A stretch of 64,000 nt of DNA from the NCBI GenBank assembly GCA_016744705.1, contig JADGDU010000014.1, forward strand, positions 22,820 to 86,819, read 5' to 3'. Below, one piece after another: positions 25,993-36,184 of the stretch; position 1 is the first letter of the stretch; each line of letters starts with the position of its first letter. Position numbers and translations under genes: made by a program. The DNA is from Candidatus Krumholzibacteriia bacterium. GTDB lineage: Bacteria > Krumholzibacteriota > Krumholzibacteriia > LZORAL124-64-63. Under the pieces are notes generated by a model. It saw nothing but the letters and a program-made list of their open reading frames with translations. It did not search any database and had not been told where the DNA came from.

Positions 25993-27900
25993 ATGTCTTC
26001 CATCACCAAGCCGGTCATAGCAATTTGCCTTCTATTGACAGCCTCTCTGGCTGGCGCCCAGAGCCTTCCCGATGATGAATCAAGCATGTTCACTGGCTCG
26101 GGAAATTGTGCCATGTGCCATTCCAGCGATGGTTCGTCTAACACTGAAAACGGCGTCGACATCTCCATGCCCACCCAATGGCGGAGCACCATGATGGCAA
26201 ATTCTGCCAGGGACCCTCTGTGGCGTGCCAAGGTTTCAGCTGAAATTGACGAATTTCCCCATTTGCAGGAACACATTGAAGCCACTTGCACCCGGTGTCA
26301 TGCCCCCATGGCTCACGAACAAGCTATGCATGACGGCCAAGCCAATTATTCCCTGGCAGAAATGGAGAGCAACCCGCTGGCTCTTGATGGAGTCAGTTGC
26401 ACTCTTTGCCACCAGATAGAGCCGGATAATTTTGGCTTACCCCAGAGTTATTCAGGAAACTTTGAGCTTGATGAAGTGCGTCAGATTTACGGGCCATACA
26501 CCAGTCCCTTAACTGGCCCCATGATGAACAATTCCAATTTCACTCCGGAGTATGCCCAACACCTGGGAGAGTCGGAACTTTGCGCCACCTGCCACACTCT
26601 GTTCACGGAATCAGTGGACGATGATGCCCAACTGCGGGGTGCCTTCCCTGAACAGACTCCGTATTTGGAATGGAAGAACAGCACCTTTGGGCAGAACAAT
26701 GTAGCTTGCCAGGCTTGCCATATGCCCGTGGCCAATACGGCCCAGGATATTGCCACCCGACCTGGTTGGCACAACGTCACTCGTGAACCCTATGCCAAAC
26801 ACGAATTTGTGGGGGCTAATGAGTTCATGTTGAATATTTTGAAAAGCAACATCAGCGAGTTAGGCCTTTCGGCTTCAGAGGCCCAATTCGAAGCCACCTT
26901 GGACCGTACCCGGGATATGCTGGAAAATCAGACTGTGGGTTTGTCGGCCATGCACAATCTGGTGGGCGATACCTTAGCTATTGATTTGAGGGTGGAAAAT
27001 TTCTGTGGCCACAAACTGCCTACGGGTATTCCTTTGCGCCGCATGTGGGTGCATTTGAAAGTTGTGAGTGGTGAAGAAGAACTCGTTTTTGAATCGGGAA
27101 ATTGGGATGAAAACGGAGAAGTAGTCGGCCTTGATGAGGGATACGAGCCCCACCACAACATGATCAATGACCCGGACCAGGTTCAGATTTACGAACCGAT
27201 CATGATGGATGCCAACGGTGACCAGACGCACACTCTTCTGCGAGCTTCGGCTTACCTCAAAGACAATCGTTTGCCCCCCATGGGATTCACTTCCAGTCAC
27301 ACCGCTTACGATAGCACCGCCATTGAAGGGCTGGCCCTTCAGGATCCTGATTATAATATCAGCAACGGTGCCGAGGGCAGTGGTTCGGATATCGTCCACT
27401 ACCGTATTCCTGTCACTTCGCAGGGGCCGTTCAGGGTTGAAGTTCAAGCGTGTTATCAAACTCTTTCGCCCCGGATGTTTGCGGACATCGCTTCTCATGA
27501 TACTCCTGAAGTGCATGTCTTTGCTCCCATGTATGAATCGGCGGACAAGGCCCCTTCCATACTGGGCAATCTGACTCTCACAATCGACACTGTTTCAGGG
27601 GTGGAGCACGGCAGCTTGCCCCTTCCGCTTCGCCTGAACCAGAACGTACCCAATCCCTTTAATCCGGCCACCCTGATTTCCTATGATCTGAGAAGCCAAC
27701 AAGCAGTGCGGTTGGATATTTTTGACATGTCCGGCCAGTTGGTACGGCACCTGGTTTCAGAAACCCAAGCGGCCGGGTCATACAGCACGCTTTGGAATGG
27801 CGCCGATGATCACGGTGGGGCCGTGGCCTCGGGTCTGTACCTTTACCGGCTTAGTGCGGGGGAGCATCAGGAAAGCCGGCGCATGACGTTGGTGCGTTGA
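25993..27900 (+). CDS. Pentaheme c-type cytochrome with a T9SS type-A C-terminal sorting domain
   Basis: Signal peptide. Five CxxCH motifs in the first ~260 aa (CAMCH, CTRCH, CTLCH, CATCH, CQACH). C-terminal CTD NVPNPFNPATLISYDL...IFDMSGQLV...SGLYLYRL...RMTLVR. Confidence 0.8.
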   Translation: MSSITKPVIAICLLLTASLAGAQSLPDDESSMFTGSGNCAMCHSSDGSSNTENGVDISMPTQWRSTMMANSARDPLWRAKVSAEIDEFPHLQEHIEATCTRCHAPMAHEQAMHDGQANYSLAEMESNPLALDGVSCTLCHQIEPDNFGLPQSYSGNFELDEVRQIYGPYTSPLTGPMMNNSNFTPEYAQHLGESELCATCHTLFTESVDDDAQLRGAFPEQTPYLEWKNSTFGQNNVACQACHMPVANTAQDIATRPGWHNVTREPYAKHEFVGANEFMLNILKSNISELGLSASEAQFEATLDRTRDMLENQTVGLSAMHNLVGDTLAIDLRVENFCGHKLPTGIPLRRMWVHLKVVSGEEELVFESGNWDENGEVVGLDEGYEPHHNMINDPDQVQIYEPIMMDANGDQTHTLLRASAYLKDNRLPPMGFTSSHTAYDSTAIEGLALQDPDYNISNGAEGSGSDIVHYRIPVTSQGPFRVEVQACYQTLSPRMFADIASHDTPEVHVFAPMYESADKAPSILGNLTLTIDTVSGVEHGSLPLPLRLNQNVPNPFNPATLISYDLRSQQAVRLDIFDMSGQLVRHLVSETQAAGSYSTLWNGADDHGGAVASGLYLYRLSAGEHQESRRMTLVR

Positions 27901-27927
27901 GTCTTTTCGCATTCAAGGAGGACAATC

Positions 27928-28143
27928 ATGCCTTATGTGAACATCAAGGTGACCAAAGAAGGAATCACCTCAGAACAAAAAGCCGAATTGATCAAAGGAG
28001 CCACTGATCTACTGGCGCGGGTTTTGGGAAAAAACCCAGCCACCACGGTGGTTGTTATCGATGAAGTGGAAACTGACAACTGGGGTATTGGGGGGGAAGC
28101 GGTCACAGTGCTGCGCCAGCGATCCAGGCAAAATCGGAACTAA
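27928..28143 (+). CDS. 4-oxalocrotonate tautomerase family protein
   Basis: MPYVNIKVTKEGITSEQKAELIKGATDLLARVLGK (Pro1 tautomerase) after an AGGAGGACAATC RBS. Confidence 0.8.
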   Translation: MPYVNIKVTKEGITSEQKAELIKGATDLLARVLGKNPATTVVVIDEVETDNWGIGGEAVTVLRQRSRQNRN

Positions 28144-28362
28144 ATGGTGAACAAATGGTGTTTTGGGTGGCCCAGCCCCTTGGTGGTGGCATTCCGGTTG
28201 TGCCACCTTAGCCATACTGCAAGGGTTGGACGCTGAAAATTCCTGGCCACCCTGGGCGGCAAACATTGGGTGATTTGGTAATCTCCCTTGCTTCACCCCT
28301 CCTTTGGTGGCTTTATTGGGGTGAAACAGCGTCCAGGGCCCACGTGAAAAGAGTTTTCCCAA

Positions 28363-29115
28363 ATGAAGAAAATGATCGCCAAAAACGGGAAACGCTTCCT
28401 TGAGAAGTTGATCTTTCAAGCTCGTAAAACGTTGGTGGAACCGGGTCTGAACCCCAAGCGGGATTCTCTGATCATGCCCTGGGCTACCTACAGTCCCTGG
28501 TTACTGGATCAGAATTTTCAGACCTGCCACGCCATCATCAAAGATTACACACTGGTGGACCTATATCGTTGTTATGAATTGTGGCATTTGCTGAAACAGG
28601 TGTCCGGCCTTCCTGGCGACGTTCTGGAAGTTGGCACCTGGCGCGGGGGCACTGGCGGGCTTTTGGGCCGACGAGCCAAAGAACTGAATCTGGATTGCGA
28701 AGTTTTCCTGTGCGACACCTTTGAGGGTGTTGTGAAAACCGGAGCCAAGGACGAGACCTACAGTGGTGGCGAACATGCCGATACATCTCTGCCCACTGTG
28801 GAAGAATTGACCGGAAAACTGGAGCTTTCCAATATTAAAATTCTCCAGGGGATTTTTCCCGAAGACACCGCCCACCATATTGAAGATCGCAAATTCCGGT
28901 TCTGCCATATCGATGTGGATGTGTACCAATCTGGTAAAGATATTCTGGATTGGGTGTGGTCCCGAATGGACGTAGGCGCGGTCGTGGTCTTTGATGATTT
29001 TGGCTTTGCGAGCACCACCGGCATCACCAAGTTGGTGCACGAAGAAGAAACCCGTGACGATTTGATTTGCGTGCAAAATGTTAACGGGCATGCCGTTTTT
29101 ATTAAGACCCGGTAG
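28363..29115 (+). CDS. TylF/MycF/NovP-type class I SAM-dependent O-methyltransferase
   Basis: GDVLEVGTWRGGTG..., DTFEG, and CHIDVDVYQSGKDILDWVWSRMDVGAVVVFDD resemble the macrocin O-methyltransferase family. Confidence 0.8.
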   Translation: MKKMIAKNGKRFLEKLIFQARKTLVEPGLNPKRDSLIMPWATYSPWLLDQNFQTCHAIIKDYTLVDLYRCYELWHLLKQVSGLPGDVLEVGTWRGGTGGLLGRRAKELNLDCEVFLCDTFEGVVKTGAKDETYSGGEHADTSLPTVEELTGKLELSNIKILQGIFPEDTAHHIEDRKFRFCHIDVDVYQSGKDILDWVWSRMDVGAVVVFDDFGFASTTGITKLVHEEETRDDLICVQNVNGHAVFIKTR

Positions 29116-29123
29116 AGACCGCC

Positions 29124-30236
29124 TTATTGCTCGGCAGTCCTGGTCTGCTGGACTACAATTTTAAAGAAACCAAAGCCAGGGTAAAAGAGAGACAGTGTTT
29201 CAGGGTCGTAGAGTTCTGGAGCTTGGTTTTCCTGAAGAAATGTCCCCTCCCATTGGAAGTTATCATCGTTGGCATAGTCTGCGTAGATGTCTTCACTGGC
29301 GTTGAATGGCTGCGGGAATATCAAGGGGAAAAACAACAATCCCCTTTCCAGGTCAAAGGTAAAATCAACCATAAAATCTGCAAATCCATCGGGCCCTAGA
29401 GAACCATCCTGGCCCAGTTTGTCCAGTCCAAAAAGTTGAATATAGGGAATGGCGTTTTCATCCAATTCGGGAGATGAGCTGTTATCGTTCCGTTCAATTT
29501 TTAAACTGACTGAGTCGATATCGATATGGGAAAACCCCAAAGAATAGATATTCCTTACAACGTAGAAGAAGGTAAAGGGCTCTTGCCTGTCCTCTGGGGC
29601 CTTCAGGATTTTCATGCGGTAATAGGGACCCTCTTCGTTGGGCAGGTGGATACGGTCATCATCATCCCATCCGGGGCGGTCACCAATTTTATAGTGTATT
29701 TGGCCGTCCTGGCTTATTACGTCGTAAGTCACCGCAAAAACGTCTTGGGGCGCCATTTGTCGACCAAGGTCCACCGCAACAATTCCGCCATCAATGTCCA
29801 AAATAAATTCAAAATCAACTTCCCTCCAACGCGGGCCGTATAGATACGGATCGGAAAAGTCAGGTGCAGGGCTCTCTCCTGTGCTCCAAAACACTCCAGT
29901 TGAATCAATATAGGCCGCCACGTTTTGCACATCATTTGGTCCCCATACTCCTGCTCCCATCAATTGGAAAATTGCGATGGAGGAGGGGTCAATAATGAGG
30001 GCCGAGGGGTCACGGCCAGGTACGTCATGGACAGGGACACCAAAATAGGGTGGCAGGTCTAAAAAGAAGAACTGATTGTTCAGATAATTGCTGGAGAGGA
30101 TGGAGTGTTCTTCGATGACGATAGTTTGGCCCGGGAGGTCTTCAGGTGAGGCGCAATCATCATCACATCCATTGAGTAGAAACATTGCCAGTACCAAAAA
30201 TATGGCAGTGGAAAAATAAGTGTATCTTTTTTGCAT
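29124..30236 (-). CDS. Hypothetical lipoprotein
   Basis: ATG at 30236 after AAGGAGA. Lipobox LLNGC|DDDC. No recognised domain. Confidence 0.55.
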   Translation of the reverse strand: MQKRYTYFSTAIFLVLAMFLLNGCDDDCASPEDLPGQTIVIEEHSILSSNYLNNQFFFLDLPPYFGVPVHDVPGRDPSALIIDPSSIAIFQLMGAGVWGPNDVQNVAAYIDSTGVFWSTGESPAPDFSDPYLYGPRWREVDFEFILDIDGGIVAVDLGRQMAPQDVFAVTYDVISQDGQIHYKIGDRPGWDDDDRIHLPNEEGPYYRMKILKAPEDRQEPFTFFYVVRNIYSLGFSHIDIDSVSLKIERNDNSSSPELDENAIPYIQLFGLDKLGQDGSLGPDGFADFMVDFTFDLERGLLFFPLIFPQPFNASEDIYADYANDDNFQWEGTFLQENQAPELYDPETLSLFYPGFGFFKIVVQQTRTAEQ

Positions 30237-30250
30237 GCTTTTTCTCCTTG

Positions 30251-30877
30251 TTACCATTCATCGATCCAGAGAATGCCATCCGTGCAGACGAAATCCAATT
30301 TCTGTGTGGGAAGATAGAAACCGGGCTCGCAGGAAAGGTTGTAGTATTCATCGTACTCGGGAGTGCCTGGTCCCAAGTTTCCGTTGATGGTGTGGAGGCT
30401 ATCCGAACAGACATAATTCATTTGTTCTTCAATGAGAATGTGGCCATTTCCGGAAAAGGAATTTTCGGTGGTGGTGATTGATTCCCAGACAATGACAAAA
30501 GGCAGGGGCTCGGTACCAATGAAAGTCAGATTGGTTTCCTCTACCAGGACTCCAGCCAGACTCAAGTTGTTCCCAGTGGCACGGTGCTCGCCTGGAGTTA
30601 ACAGTTCGTGGAAATCATCTCCGGAACTCCACAAATAGAATGATACACGAGGACTATTGAAATCCGCAGCACCCGAAAGCCTAATTTCCATGATGTAGAG
30701 TTCACTGCCATAAGTGTCAGTCTGTTTAATAATTGAGACTTTGGAGTATTCATAAGAGTACGATTCACCGTAGAACTTAAAGGCATTGCCATCTGGCGCG
30801 GAGGGTTTGGTGCTGTCGCTACAGGAACCTAAAAACAAGAGAACAGAAATCAGAACCAGGGCTGGCGTATTTCGCAT
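30251..30877 (-). CDS. Hypothetical lipoprotein
   Basis: Signal peptide with a lipobox (LFLGSC|SDS). No recognised domain. Confidence 0.55.
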   Translation of the reverse strand: MRNTPALVLISVLLFLGSCSDSTKPSAPDGNAFKFYGESYSYEYSKVSIIKQTDTYGSELYIMEIRLSGAADFNSPRVSFYLWSSGDDFHELLTPGEHRATGNNLSLAGVLVEETNLTFIGTEPLPFVIVWESITTTENSFSGNGHILIEEQMNYVCSDSLHTINGNLGPGTPEYDEYYNLSCEPGFYLPTQKLDFVCTDGILWIDEW

Positions 30878-31049
30878 AAGCGCTTTCCTTTATGAGGTTT
30901 AACAGTAACAAGATAAATAAAAACAGGGTTTATGTTTTCACCGATGACCGTATCCCAACGTCCTTGGTCGGTGAGTTTTCTTCTCTCTCCGACAATACAG
31001 TTGCAAAATCCACTCCGGTTGGGGCGGTTGGTCAGAAAAAATGAGAAAC

Positions 31050-32132
31050 TCAGCGATACAACGTTTTAATCCGATTCAAAGTCTGCTGCTGGGAAGTCAC
31101 AGGCCCGCAATCGGTGCATCCTTCTCCCAAGGCTCCCATGGGTCCACAATCGTTGTTGTGCTCCAGAGCGGTGGAGAGTTCACAAAGTGTGAATACAGAT
31201 AAGGGGTGGTCGCAATAAAGAGGATCCCCTACAAATTCATGAGTTCCCAGTTCAGAACCATCCACCGGGCCACTCTCGTTGTTGAAATATAGATTACAGG
31301 AGCGCAATTCCGGATATTCGGAAACCAGGCCGGGACCGCCCTTTGTATCGGTGATAATGTTGTTTTCAAAAATGGTGTTGGCGTTGATGCGCACCGCACC
31401 CAACCCGGAATTCACGTGAAAAGTATTGTTGGTGATGCTGCCGGTGGCATCTCCCTGAATGACCAGGGCCCCTTCTCCAAAACCAGTATTGTCCAGGAAG
31501 AGGTTGCCCCGGAAATCAAATTCACCCGAGTTGCAGTTCACGGCACCAGCAACACCATGGGATCTATTGTGGGCAAAAAAGCAATCCTCAACCAGTAGCC
31601 GGGCCCCAAAACCCATGCCGAGGGCGGCGCTGTGCTTGTCGCACTCATTTTGGATGAAGTCGCAACGAAAAAATGAACCGGTTGTCCCTTGGTGACGCAC
31701 ATGCACGGCATTGGAGCCGGATGCGTGGTTGTTCACAAAAGAGCAATCTTCCAGGGTGACATTGGCCTGTTGCCAAATGAGAAGAGCAGCGGCATCTTCG
31801 GCAAAACCATTGGAAAAAGTCAGTCCGCGCAAAACAACATCCACATCACCCTGGACCCGCATGATCAGTTGAGAATGGCCGCCATCAAGAGATGTGAGGG
31901 GGTGGCTGCAGGTGGCTTCGATGGTGATGCTTTTTTCAATCACAAGGCTTTCGGGGTAGGAGCCAGGCCCCAGAAGAATCAAGTCACCGGGTTGAGCAGC
32001 AGAGAGAGCGTCACCTAGGGTGGAAAACTGGCCAGAATTATTTTGACAGACGGTGACAGTGGCTGCTTGTAGGCCTGAAGTGAGGAAAAAGCAGACCGTA
32101 AGGAACAGTGTCCCTTTCCTGAGCATGGTCAA
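31050..32132 (-). CDS. Secreted right-handed beta-helix (pectin-lyase-fold) protein ending ...TSQQQTLNRIKTLYR
   Basis: Signal peptide. Repeated N-x-F/I-x-x-N beta-helix rungs (NNTFHVNSGLGAVRINANTIFENNIITD). Cys-rich cap. The C-terminus shares the K-x-[ML]-Y-R tail. Confidence 0.7.
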   Translation of the reverse strand: MTMLRKGTLFLTVCFFLTSGLQAATVTVCQNNSGQFSTLGDALSAAQPGDLILLGPGSYPESLVIEKSITIEATCSHPLTSLDGGHSQLIMRVQGDVDVVLRGLTFSNGFAEDAAALLIWQQANVTLEDCSFVNNHASGSNAVHVRHQGTTGSFFRCDFIQNECDKHSAALGMGFGARLLVEDCFFAHNRSHGVAGAVNCNSGEFDFRGNLFLDNTGFGEGALVIQGDATGSITNNTFHVNSGLGAVRINANTIFENNIITDTKGGPGLVSEYPELRSCNLYFNNESGPVDGSELGTHEFVGDPLYCDHPLSVFTLCELSTALEHNNDCGPMGALGEGCTDCGPVTSQQQTLNRIKTLYR

Positions 32133-32202
32133 TCTCCCGAGAAAGGAAAGGGAAAACTGGGCAAGGTCTAGATAGCAATTCTACCACGGGGAAGCATCGA
32201 TT

Positions 32203-35200
32203 TCAAGATGTGAAAGACTCAGGGCCCAACAATGATGCGAGTACTCTCCGCAAGTCATCCTGGGCAAATGGCTTGTTTAAAATTCCTGAAAAACCAAATT
32301 TCTGAAAATGGGCCATCACCGGGTCATCTGAATAACCACTGGCCACAATCACTTTCACCTTGGGGTTGATTTTCCGCAACTCAGCGAGAGTTTCCAGGCC
32401 ACCCATGGCTCCGGGAATGGTCAGATCCAGAATGACCAGATCAAAAGGTCGGCCTTGTTGTTGGGCTTGAAGGTAAGCGGCATGGGCCGATTCACCATGA
32501 GGCACGCCAGTCCAGTGGTGGCCCAGGTGGTCCAGCATTTGGGACATCAGAAACCGAATTTCGTCTTCATCATCCATAAACAAAATATTGAGGCCAGAGG
32601 TAACCTGGTCCGTTTGATCCAGCGTACTATTGGGGGAGGTCTGACGAGATCCGTCACAGGCCGGCAGAATCAATTGGAAGACACTGCCTTGGCCCAAGGT
32701 CGATTCCACGGTCAAGCGGCCATCATGCTTTTCGGCAATGGAGTGTGCAATGGCCAGACCCAGGCCAGTCCCTTTTTCCCGGGTGGTGAAATAAGGGTCG
32801 AAAATGCGAGCTTGGTCTGATTCCGATATTCCTTTGCCATGGTCCTGGATTGTGATCACTACAAAAGCATGGTCAGATTTTATCCCGGGCCAGGTGTCGC
32901 TGTTCTGGGCAGACACTTCCAACTGGCCCCCCCCACTCATGGCTTGACGGGCATTGATCACCAAATTGCCAATGATCTGGGAAATTTGGACTGCATCAAC
33001 TTCGGCCCAAGACAGGTCTTCAGGGATGTCCATTTGGCATTGCACATTGGATCCGCTGAGATTGAAGGAAACAGAATCCTGGATGATGGGGATCAGGTTT
33101 GTGGATTCCCGCATCGGGCCACCACCCTTGGCAAAAGTCAACAATTGGCGGGTCAGGTTTTGGGCCCTTCTGGAGGCTAGACGAATTTTTTCCAATTGAA
33201 CATTTTCCACTGCCGTGGTTATCAGAGTGCTCTCGGCGAGGCTCAGGTTTCCCATCATAATGGTCAGCAGGTTGTTGAAATCGTGGGCAATGCCACCGGC
33301 CAAAAGGCCCAGTGATTCAAGCTTTTGGCTGCGGTGTTTGTTCTGTTCAGTTTGGAGACGGCTGGTGATGTCACGAAAAGCGAAGACCTGGCCACCGGAA
33401 GGACCGGTGATTGGTACCCCGGATAATTCAATCCATCGCGTCTTATTTTGACCAGAATACAGGGCCAATTGCTGAGATTTCAGCCGAACAGAAGACGGGT
33501 CCTTCAAAAGTTGCTTGTATTGCTTTTTCTGATCGGGGTTGAGCAAGGCCCGAACAGGAAGAATGTCTTCCAGGTAGTCGCCAATTTTAGGGGGCAGAGA
33601 GCCTAAAAATATTCCCTCAGCAGCCTTATTGAAAAGGACAACCTGGTTGTTGCCATCGATTACAACAACACCATCAGAAATACTTTCGAGGGTACTCTTC
33701 AAGCGTTCCGATTCCAGCCTTGCGGTTTCTTCACTCTTGCGTAGGTCTCGTGTTTGAATCCGGACTTCATTTTCGAGGCGTTGCGCATATTGGCGGCCCG
33801 AAAAATAAGCAAAGAGTAGCCATAGCATTAGGGCTATGGCCAATCCAGAGAGGGCCTTGATGAACCAGCGTTCCATCAGGGGGGGGATGATGGTAATCAA
33901 GGGAGTGGTGACGATATTTGATTCCAGGCCCTCAGGTGTGCGGGCGACAACATGCACCTGGAAGCGGCCAGGTGGTACGTTGGTCATAGGCAATACGCCA
34001 GGCCAATGCATAATATATGAGGGCAGATCAATGTCCGATTGGGATGTGATTTCGGCCACAAATTCCAAATGCTCTTCGCTGGAAAAATACGGGGCGTCAA
34101 ACTTAAAAACCAGAGAAGCCAGAGGGCCAGTAATTTGTACCGGATGACGGGGTGGGTACTGTACACCATTGATCATCATGCTGGACAGGCTGAGGACAGG
34201 GGGATTGGTGCTCGGGATGTCTAATTCCGGTCTAAAAATAGAAAGGCCACTGTCAGTGCCAATCCAGATGTTTCCATCCCGGGTTATCATGAAGGCGTCT
34301 CGGTTGATTTCTGATCCGAGCAATCCTTCATTAGCGGTGAGGCGGGTTTGTTGGTTTCCGTCCCAGATGATGGCGCCATTGTCGGTACCAAACCAAAGCT
34401 GCCCCGATTGGTCTTGAACCATTCCGTAAATGGGGCGGCGAATTACTGGATCCGGGGCGGTTGTTCTGACCAAATTGTTGTCCTGAACCCGGAACAACCC
34501 ACTGTTGGTGCAAACCAGGAGCCCTCCTTCAGGGCGTTCGAACACGGTGTAAACATTGTTGCTTCCATCTTGCATCTTGCCGGGCAGGGAAGTGAAGGCC
34601 CCGTCCTTCCAGAGAAACAAACCAAAGCTTCTGGTGGCAATGGCAAAACCACCCGTACTCAGTGGAACGAGGCGACGGATGTTCAGATTATGGGCATTCT
34701 CGAGCCCAGGCAGAGGGACTCGTTCAAACCGGTCACCTATTTGACGGTAAAGGCCATCAAGAGTACCAACAAAGAGGCCATATTCCGGATGTGGCATGAT
34801 GGCATATACGGCGTCGGTCAGTCCGTGCTCCCGGTTGAACCACTGGATGGATTCGTCATTCTGCAAGAGGCCGAGACCTTTATGATTTGCTGCAATCCAC
34901 AAACGGCCCTGGCTGTCTTCGGCAAGATCTGTGACCCGGCTGTAAATAGGGAGATTGTCGTCGAAAGAAATGGTGTGGGGGATGGAGTCCAGAAAAGTCA
35001 ATCCTCCTCGCTGTCCGAGGACCATAGCGCCAGAAGCCCTTTCGATCACTGAGCCCACTTCGCCATTGAGCAATCCATGGTCACTGTTGTAGCAGGCCAG
35101 GCTTCGGCTCATGATTTTGCTGATTCCACGAGTGCTACTAATCCAGATGTTGTTTTCCCGGTCCATCATGACATGGTTGCCACTGTCGGTGGCCAAGCCG

Positions 35201-36096
35201 CTTGTGGTTGTAAAGGTTTCAAAACCCGAGTGGGGATGGAAATGAACGACCTGGGTGGAGTCTGAAAAATAGATCCCTCCACTGGGTCCCATGCAAAGGG
35301 AAAGGCCTTGTTTTGTTTTGTCGAAAAACAAATGAGAAACAGAAAATCGTTCCGCCAGTTTCCGGCCTTGGTATCGAACCAGCCATTGGTCGCTGATGAC
35401 CCACAAGCTTCCACTGGAGTTGTCAGAACAGGCGCCCATGATTTGTCCATCCGGCAGTTCCAGGTCCAACTGGTAGGGCTTGTGGAGAGACTTCAAGTCA
35501 AGGGTGAACAATCCGGTTTTGGTGGATAACAGAAGGTGGGATCCATCCAGGGACAAGGAATGGGGGTGTAAATGAGGTTGGTCAAAGGAGAAGGTACTCC
35601 AAACCTCATTTTGCCATATCTGCAGGGGGCCATTATTGGAGGCGATGATCAAAGTTGTATGGCCTTTTTCATCGACCCAGGTTTTGAGTTCAACATTGGT
35701 GGAAAATCGACTGAAAGTATCAGGTTTGGGTAGTTTTTGCCAATTCCCGTCAACCAGTCGGGAAGCCTTGAAAGGCCAATGGATGTTGATCCACCAGACA
35801 CCCCCGCCATCATCGATGGATACCAAGCCGTCGCCGTTGGGGGCTGCGGGGTTCCTGGACGTGATTGTTTGCCATTTGATTCCATCGAAAACGCTCATGC
35901 CATTTCTAGTGCCAAACCACATCTTTCCCAAGGCATCCTGAGCCGCATTGTTGACCTTGTTGGATGCCAGACCATCTTGTTCGCGGAATGTTTGGATATG
36001 GTACCGCTGAGCCTGGACGGGGGCTGGTAAAATGGCTGCCAGGGTGGAGAGTAGGCAGCAAAGTATGGTTAGATTTTTAAGAGGTCCGAAAGGCAT
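32203..36096 (-). CDS. Hybrid sensor histidine kinase/response regulator with a very large periplasmic propeller-type sensor
   Basis: Signal peptide. About 700 aa of Reg_prop-type blades plus a Y_Y_Y-like region. One TM helix. PAS. HisKA (AHDFNNLL). HATPase_c (GTGLGLAIAHSI). C-terminal REC (DLVILDLTIPG). No DNA-binding output. Confidence 0.9.
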   Translation of the reverse strand: MPFGPLKNLTILCCLLSTLAAILPAPVQAQRYHIQTFREQDGLASNKVNNAAQDALGKMWFGTRNGMSVFDGIKWQTITSRNPAAPNGDGLVSIDDGGGVWWINIHWPFKASRLVDGNWQKLPKPDTFSRFSTNVELKTWVDEKGHTTLIIASNNGPLQIWQNEVWSTFSFDQPHLHPHSLSLDGSHLLLSTKTGLFTLDLKSLHKPYQLDLELPDGQIMGACSDNSSGSLWVISDQWLVRYQGRKLAERFSVSHLFFDKTKQGLSLCMGPSGGIYFSDSTQVVHFHPHSGFETFTTTSGLATDSGNHVMMDRENNIWISSTRGISKIMSRSLACYNSDHGLLNGEVGSVIERASGAMVLGQRGGLTFLDSIPHTISFDDNLPIYSRVTDLAEDSQGRLWIAANHKGLGLLQNDESIQWFNREHGLTDAVYAIMPHPEYGLFVGTLDGLYRQIGDRFERVPLPGLENAHNLNIRRLVPLSTGGFAIATRSFGLFLWKDGAFTSLPGKMQDGSNNVYTVFERPEGGLLVCTNSGLFRVQDNNLVRTTAPDPVIRRPIYGMVQDQSGQLWFGTDNGAIIWDGNQQTRLTANEGLLGSEINRDAFMITRDGNIWIGTDSGLSIFRPELDIPSTNPPVLSLSSMMINGVQYPPRHPVQITGPLASLVFKFDAPYFSSEEHLEFVAEITSQSDIDLPSYIMHWPGVLPMTNVPPGRFQVHVVARTPEGLESNIVTTPLITIIPPLMERWFIKALSGLAIALMLWLLFAYFSGRQYAQRLENEVRIQTRDLRKSEETARLESERLKSTLESISDGVVVIDGNNQVVLFNKAAEGIFLGSLPPKIGDYLEDILPVRALLNPDQKKQYKQLLKDPSSVRLKSQQLALYSGQNKTRWIELSGVPITGPSGGQVFAFRDITSRLQTEQNKHRSQKLESLGLLAGGIAHDFNNLLTIMMGNLSLAESTLITTAVENVQLEKIRLASRRAQNLTRQLLTFAKGGGPMRESTNLIPIIQDSVSFNLSGSNVQCQMDIPEDLSWAEVDAVQISQIIGNLVINARQAMSGGGQLEVSAQNSDTWPGIKSDHAFVVITIQDHGKGISESDQARIFDPYFTTREKGTGLGLAIAHSIAEKHDGRLTVESTLGQGSVFQLILPACDGSRQTSPNSTLDQTDQVTSGLNILFMDDEDEIRFLMSQMLDHLGHHWTGVPHGESAHAAYLQAQQQGRPFDLVILDLTIPGAMGGLETLAELRKINPKVKVIVASGYSDDPVMAHFQKFGFSGILNKPFAQDDLRRVLASLLGPESFTS

Positions 36097-36184
36097 GAAA
36101 ATACCAGCGTGTTGAAAGCGTAAAGTCGACTGACTTTACCAAACTACCGTTTTTGTAATGCTATATCAAGAGGGCTTGTGATAA

